Shown in pieces: positions 60,467 to 64,000 of a DNA stretch of 64,000 bases (positions are counted from its first letter, which is position 1; the number at the start of each line of letters is the position of its first letter). The position numbers and the translations under genes are program-made. The notes beneath the pieces were generated by a model. It had not been told where the DNA came from and did no database searches. It saw only the letters and a list, made by a program, of their open reading frames with translations. Origin of the DNA: a virus; IMG/VR virus record IMGVR_UViG_3300045135_000898, positions 1-64,000 of that record; one strand, written 5' to 3'.

Positions 60467-62191
60467 TCAGGCTGACATAACGCTAAAATTATGTTCCTTC
60501 TTGAACTCGATTTTTGATCTAAACTTACCTTCAAGTAGGTCGCCTTTGTGAGAAATAACAAACACGTTACTATCATCACCAAAGGTGCTAAGAATCTTTA
60601 GAAGGTTATCAACACCATCATGGTCTAGACTTGAGTCGAATGTTTCATCAAGAATCAGTAAGTTCGTATTGGTTGAGTTTTTCATACGAGCAATCTGACG
60701 CCATGCAAACAAAAGACTAAGGTCAATACGCTGCTTTTCGCCTTCAGAAAAAGAAGCATAGTTAAAAGCATCGCGATGACGAGACTTGATTGTTTCATTG
60801 AAGTTTTCATCAAGATGGAATGCCACGAAGAAATCCATAACCTGAAGATACTGATTGATCAACTTGTTCATTACAGGCAAGTATTCTTTAATGATCTTAG
60901 TCTTAATGCCAGTATCTTTTAGCATTTCAGATGCAGCATCATTATAGGCACGGTCTTCAAGTAATGCAAGTTTCTTTTCAGTAAGTGTATCACGATCTTC
61001 CATCATCGCAGTCAAATCTTCCGATGCTTTCTTGGCATCACCTGTAGTCGAAGATAAATTAGAAATGTCGGATTCAATTTCAACGATTTCAGATTGGATG
61101 CGAGCAATGTCTCGGTTATTCGCATTCATATCATTCTGCGTATCTTTTAGCTTTTGGTTATGTTCTTCAAGATCGCCGACTTTAGCGCCAATTTCATTCA
61201 ATTCAATACGTGCTTTATCCATAACCTCAGACAGATCTTTAGCACGAGTCTTAGAGTCGGTGAGACGCTCTTCTTTTAGCTCTTCAGTCAATTCTTGATG
61301 ACAAGTTGGACAATGATCGTTATCTTCAAAGAATTTAGCTTCTTCAGCAATCATACGCATCTTTTGTTTAAACTGACCGTTATACTCAACCATCTTATTA
61401 TATTTTCGTTGAGTGATACGCAGGTTTTGGAGTACGTCTTCTTGATGCTGTTCAAGATAACTTGAAAGATCGATGTTTTGCTGCTGCAGCTCAAGGATCG
61501 TTGCTTGCAACTCGTCAATCTTAGCTGTCTTTTGACGTACTTGCTCTTCATTCAAATCAGTAATGTCTTTAAGGTACTTGCGTTGAATACCAATCTTTTC
61601 TTTAATTACATCGATTTGATATGTTGCATCAGTAATCTGTTCTTTAAGCTTGGCTGCCTTTTCCCTAAGAACTTGGTTCATTTTTGAAAAAATACCAATG
61701 TCAAGTAGATCCTCAATTACAGCACGACGAGTATGCGCAGGTAGTTGCATAAATGGAATAAAAGATGAACTACCAAGAACCACGATCTGATGGAATGACT
61801 TATGATTAAGCTTCAGGATATTCTGCTCAAGGTACTTTTGGTAATCCTTTGCCGCAGCTGATTGGTTAATCATATTACCATTCTGATAAATCTCAAATTT
61901 GTTTGGCTTCATACCACGAACAACTTTGAACTGATGGCTACCAATTTCAAATTCGACTTCAACAACACTTTGTTTGTTATTAATTGAGTTGACAAGCTGA
62001 GGTTTGTTAACTGCACGGTGTGGTTTACCAAACAAAGCAAATGACAGCGCATCAAGCATTGTCGATTTACCTGCTCCGTTATGTCCAACAATAAGAGTAG
62101 TTGGTGAACGATCTAACTGGATTTCAGTGAACTTGTTACCAGTACTTAGGAAGTTCTTATAGCGAAGATGACGAAATGTAATCATTAGCAC
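60467..62191 (-). CDS. 46: Rad50/SbcC-like recombination endonuclease subunit
   Basis: KNFLSTGN, G-x-NGAGKST, CPTC hook, FSEGEK, LILDE, ISHK. Confidence 0.96.
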   Translation of the reverse strand: MLMITFRHLRYKNFLSTGNKFTEIQLDRSPTTLIVGHNGAGKSTMLDALSFALFGKPHRAVNKPQLVNSINNKQSVVEVEFEIGSHQFKVVRGMKPNKFEIYQNGNMINQSAAAKDYQKYLEQNILKLNHKSFHQIVVLGSSSFIPFMQLPAHTRRAVIEDLLDIGIFSKMNQVLREKAAKLKEQITDATYQIDVIKEKIGIQRKYLKDITDLNEEQVRQKTAKIDELQATILELQQQNIDLSSYLEQHQEDVLQNLRITQRKYNKMVEYNGQFKQKMRMIAEEAKFFEDNDHCPTCHQELTEELKEERLTDSKTRAKDLSEVMDKARIELNEIGAKVGDLEEHNQKLKDTQNDMNANNRDIARIQSEIVEIESDISNLSSTTGDAKKASEDLTAMMEDRDTLTEKKLALLEDRAYNDAASEMLKDTGIKTKIIKEYLPVMNKLINQYLQVMDFFVAFHLDENFNETIKSRHRDAFNYASFSEGEKQRIDLSLLFAWRQIARMKNSTNTNLLILDETFDSSLDHDGVDNLLKILSTFGDDSNVFVISHKGDLLEGKFRSKIEFKKEHNFSVMSA

Positions 62192-62448
62192 TTCCTCAAT
62201 ACATTAAGCTCGGCCGTTACACGATAACGCATACGCTCGTAATCGCGCTCTTTGTTAATGATTACCACTTTCTGATCAATAAGCATTTTGGCCAATTCAT
62301 GAACCATTTTATCTCTAAGCATGGCACCAGCATCACCAGCACCCATATGTGCTAATTCAATATCATTAATCCATACGTCTGTCGCAAACCCGTCGCATTC
62401 CCACAGGCCATTACGATATTCAATTTTCGATCCAGGTTTAAAACTCAT
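62185..62448 (-). CDS. Hypothetical protein between genes 47 and 46
   Basis: ORF track; coupled stop/start. Confidence 0.65.
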   Translation of the reverse strand: MSFKPGSKIEYRNGLWECDGFATDVWINDIELAHMGAGDAGAMLRDKMVHELAKMLIDQKVVIINKERDYERMRYRVTAELNVLRKC

Positions 62449-63509
62449 TATGCAATCTCCATATTTGACGCTTCAGTAAATAACGTACGCATTAGTACTT
62501 TCATCTTATCTTTATCAAGGTCAGTCTCAACAGCCTCAACGTAAGAATCAAGCAACGATGGCGTATCCTCTACCGAGATACTTTCATCTTCAACGTTTTC
62601 GCCCAAGAACTCAGAAAAAGTTTCAGCAATTTTCAATTCATGAGTATCAACATTTTGTAAGCGGTCAATAAACTTATCAAAAGAATACGGATCCGACTTC
62701 TTAACAACAACCACCTTAACGAATTTGTCTTTAACTGATTCAACGTCGTATGTACTATAATCGTTTTCTTCGTCGTTGTAAACAATCTTTTCAAACATAG
62801 TGATTGGATTGCGTACAGGAGTCAATTCACGTGTTTCAGTATCAAAAACATGGAAGTACTTAGGGTCGTCAGCATCAGCCCAGGTAAATTCCATTTGAGA
62901 TCCAAGGTAGCGAATGTTGCCTTCTTCAGATGCAGTGTGGAAATGACCTGACCAAACATGCTCAAATCTTGATAGTACGCTTGCATCCATGCCGTGCATG
63001 TTCTTAACGCCTTTCATAAGATCAAACCCAGCAAGCTCAAAGTGGCCACCAAGAATTGACGCCTTACAGTTTTTAAGGAACTTCATGGAGTCGGTATAGT
63101 TCTCATTATTGATCCAAGGAATAAGAGCAATTGAACAACCATCGTAATCCATTACTCGTGGTTCCATAATAATGTTAACATTGCCTGTGTAATAACCAAG
63201 TAGCTCTTTAAGCGAACATAAATCATTAGTGTTTTTGTAAAATACGTCATGGTTACCTGGGATAATATCCATGGTAATACCTTCACGTTTTAGTACGTCA
63301 AGAAACACTTTACGGTTATGGTTCAATGCTTTAAAGTTTACATATTTACGATGTTCATAATAATCGCCCAGGTGGATAATGGTTTTGATACCATGTTCCT
63401 TTAGGTATGGAAAGAAGACATCCGAATAAAACGCCTCCTGATAGTTCATAAACACTTCAGAGCTGTTACGTGCTCCACAGTGAGTATCATTCAAAATCGC
63501 AATTTTCAT
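62448..63509 (-). CDS. 47: Mre11/SbcD-like recombination endonuclease subunit
   Basis: NDTHCG, HLGD, GNHD, GHF, SGHFH, YLGS. Confidence 0.96.
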   Translation of the reverse strand: MKIAILNDTHCGARNSSEVFMNYQEAFYSDVFFPYLKEHGIKTIIHLGDYYEHRKYVNFKALNHNRKVFLDVLKREGITMDIIPGNHDVFYKNTNDLCSLKELLGYYTGNVNIIMEPRVMDYDGCSIALIPWINNENYTDSMKFLKNCKASILGGHFELAGFDLMKGVKNMHGMDASVLSRFEHVWSGHFHTASEEGNIRYLGSQMEFTWADADDPKYFHVFDTETRELTPVRNPITMFEKIVYNDEENDYSTYDVESVKDKFVKVVVVKKSDPYSFDKFIDRLQNVDTHELKIAETFSEFLGENVEDESISVEDTPSLLDSYVEAVETDLDKDKMKVLMRTLFTEASNMEIA

Positions 63510-64000
63510 TAACCAAGTTCTCCAAAGAACAACTCAAGACCTTCTGGGTTGCTCTTATCTTCTTTCTTTTCGTATTTAGCGAATTCTTTAATTACACGGT
63601 CTTGGTCGTGTACTCGTTCAATGCGTGATCTCAATTCATCGACAAATGCGTATTCATCACCTGCTTCATATCCATTTTCATCTTGGACTGTAAAGAAGTC
63701 TTCGTATCCACCTTTCTCAATGAATTTAAATTTTACGTCCTGCTGTTTCTTTTCCTTTTGGATTCGACGTAAGAACGCGTAATATGAGATCTGCGTAAAA
63801 TACGCAAATGCATTTGGTAGACCAGTACGAGTTGCCTTCTCAATGTCATAGTTCATGATTGCCTTAAGACTATTTTCAACAGCATCCATCACCATCTCTT
63901 CACGGTATGTGTACCTAATGAAGTTAGACTTGTATGATAGACCTTCTGCAATCTTAAGAAAACACTCAGCTATGTAATCTGGAATGATAGGAACAACTTC
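63509..64000 (-). CDS. 55: Late-transcription sigma factor (5' end beyond the window)
   Basis: IPDYIAECFLKIAEGLSYKSNFIRYTYREEMVMDAVEN...NAFAYFTQI-x-YYAFLRRIQKEKKQ. Confidence 0.93.
   Translation of the reverse strand, partial: EVVPIIPDYIAECFLKIAEGLSYKSNFIRYTYREEMVMDAVENSLKAIMNYDIEKATRTGLPNAFAYFTQISYYAFLRRIQKEKKQQDVKFKFIEKGGYEDFFTVQDENGYEAGDEYAFVDELRSRIERVHDQDRVIKEFAKYEKKEDKSNPEGLELFFGELG

Noticed and set aside
626-63782. Numerous plus-strand and nested ORFs in the six-frame track
   Set aside because: Antisense or alternate-frame shadows of well-supported minus-strand genes with no RBS or promoter; only 10587..10919 was retained

Overview
This is a 64-kb segment of a lytic T4-like (Tevenvirinae/Kyanoviridae-type, probably aquatic) myovirus genome. 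The host is Gram-negative, as inferred from an i-/o-spanin pair. Almost all genes are on the minus strand. The window holds the T4 core replication and recombination module: gp55 (partial), gp47, gp46, gp45, gp44, gp62, RegA, gp43, ligase, UvsX, gp41, RNase H, NrdA/B/C, and topoisomerase gp39+60/gp52. It also carries marine-T4-type accessory genes (PhoH, CobS-like AAA plus vWA partner, Hsp20, GroES, ClpP, ThyX), five tRNAs, about 25 sigma70-like phage promoters and about 10 TATAAATA late promoters. Two further blocks are a probable cytosine hypermodification cluster (35981-42659) and a cluster of late proteins with T4-style capsid-targeting N-termini (22225-30333). The most unusual element is a ~1.9-kb non-coding RNA locus (1110-3010). 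There, seven abutting or closely spaced cassettes are each closed by a related 10-18 bp helix (core AAAG-CAC/AAC...GTG/GTT-CTTT, four flanked by TTTAGAA...TTCTAAA) but enclose unrelated structured cargoes. One cargo carries three tRNA T-arm hairpins. The cassettes are interleaved with tRNAs, H-type pseudoknots and a CCA-ended tRNA-like RNA. All assignments come from reading sequence motifs by eye; no searches or folding computations were run.
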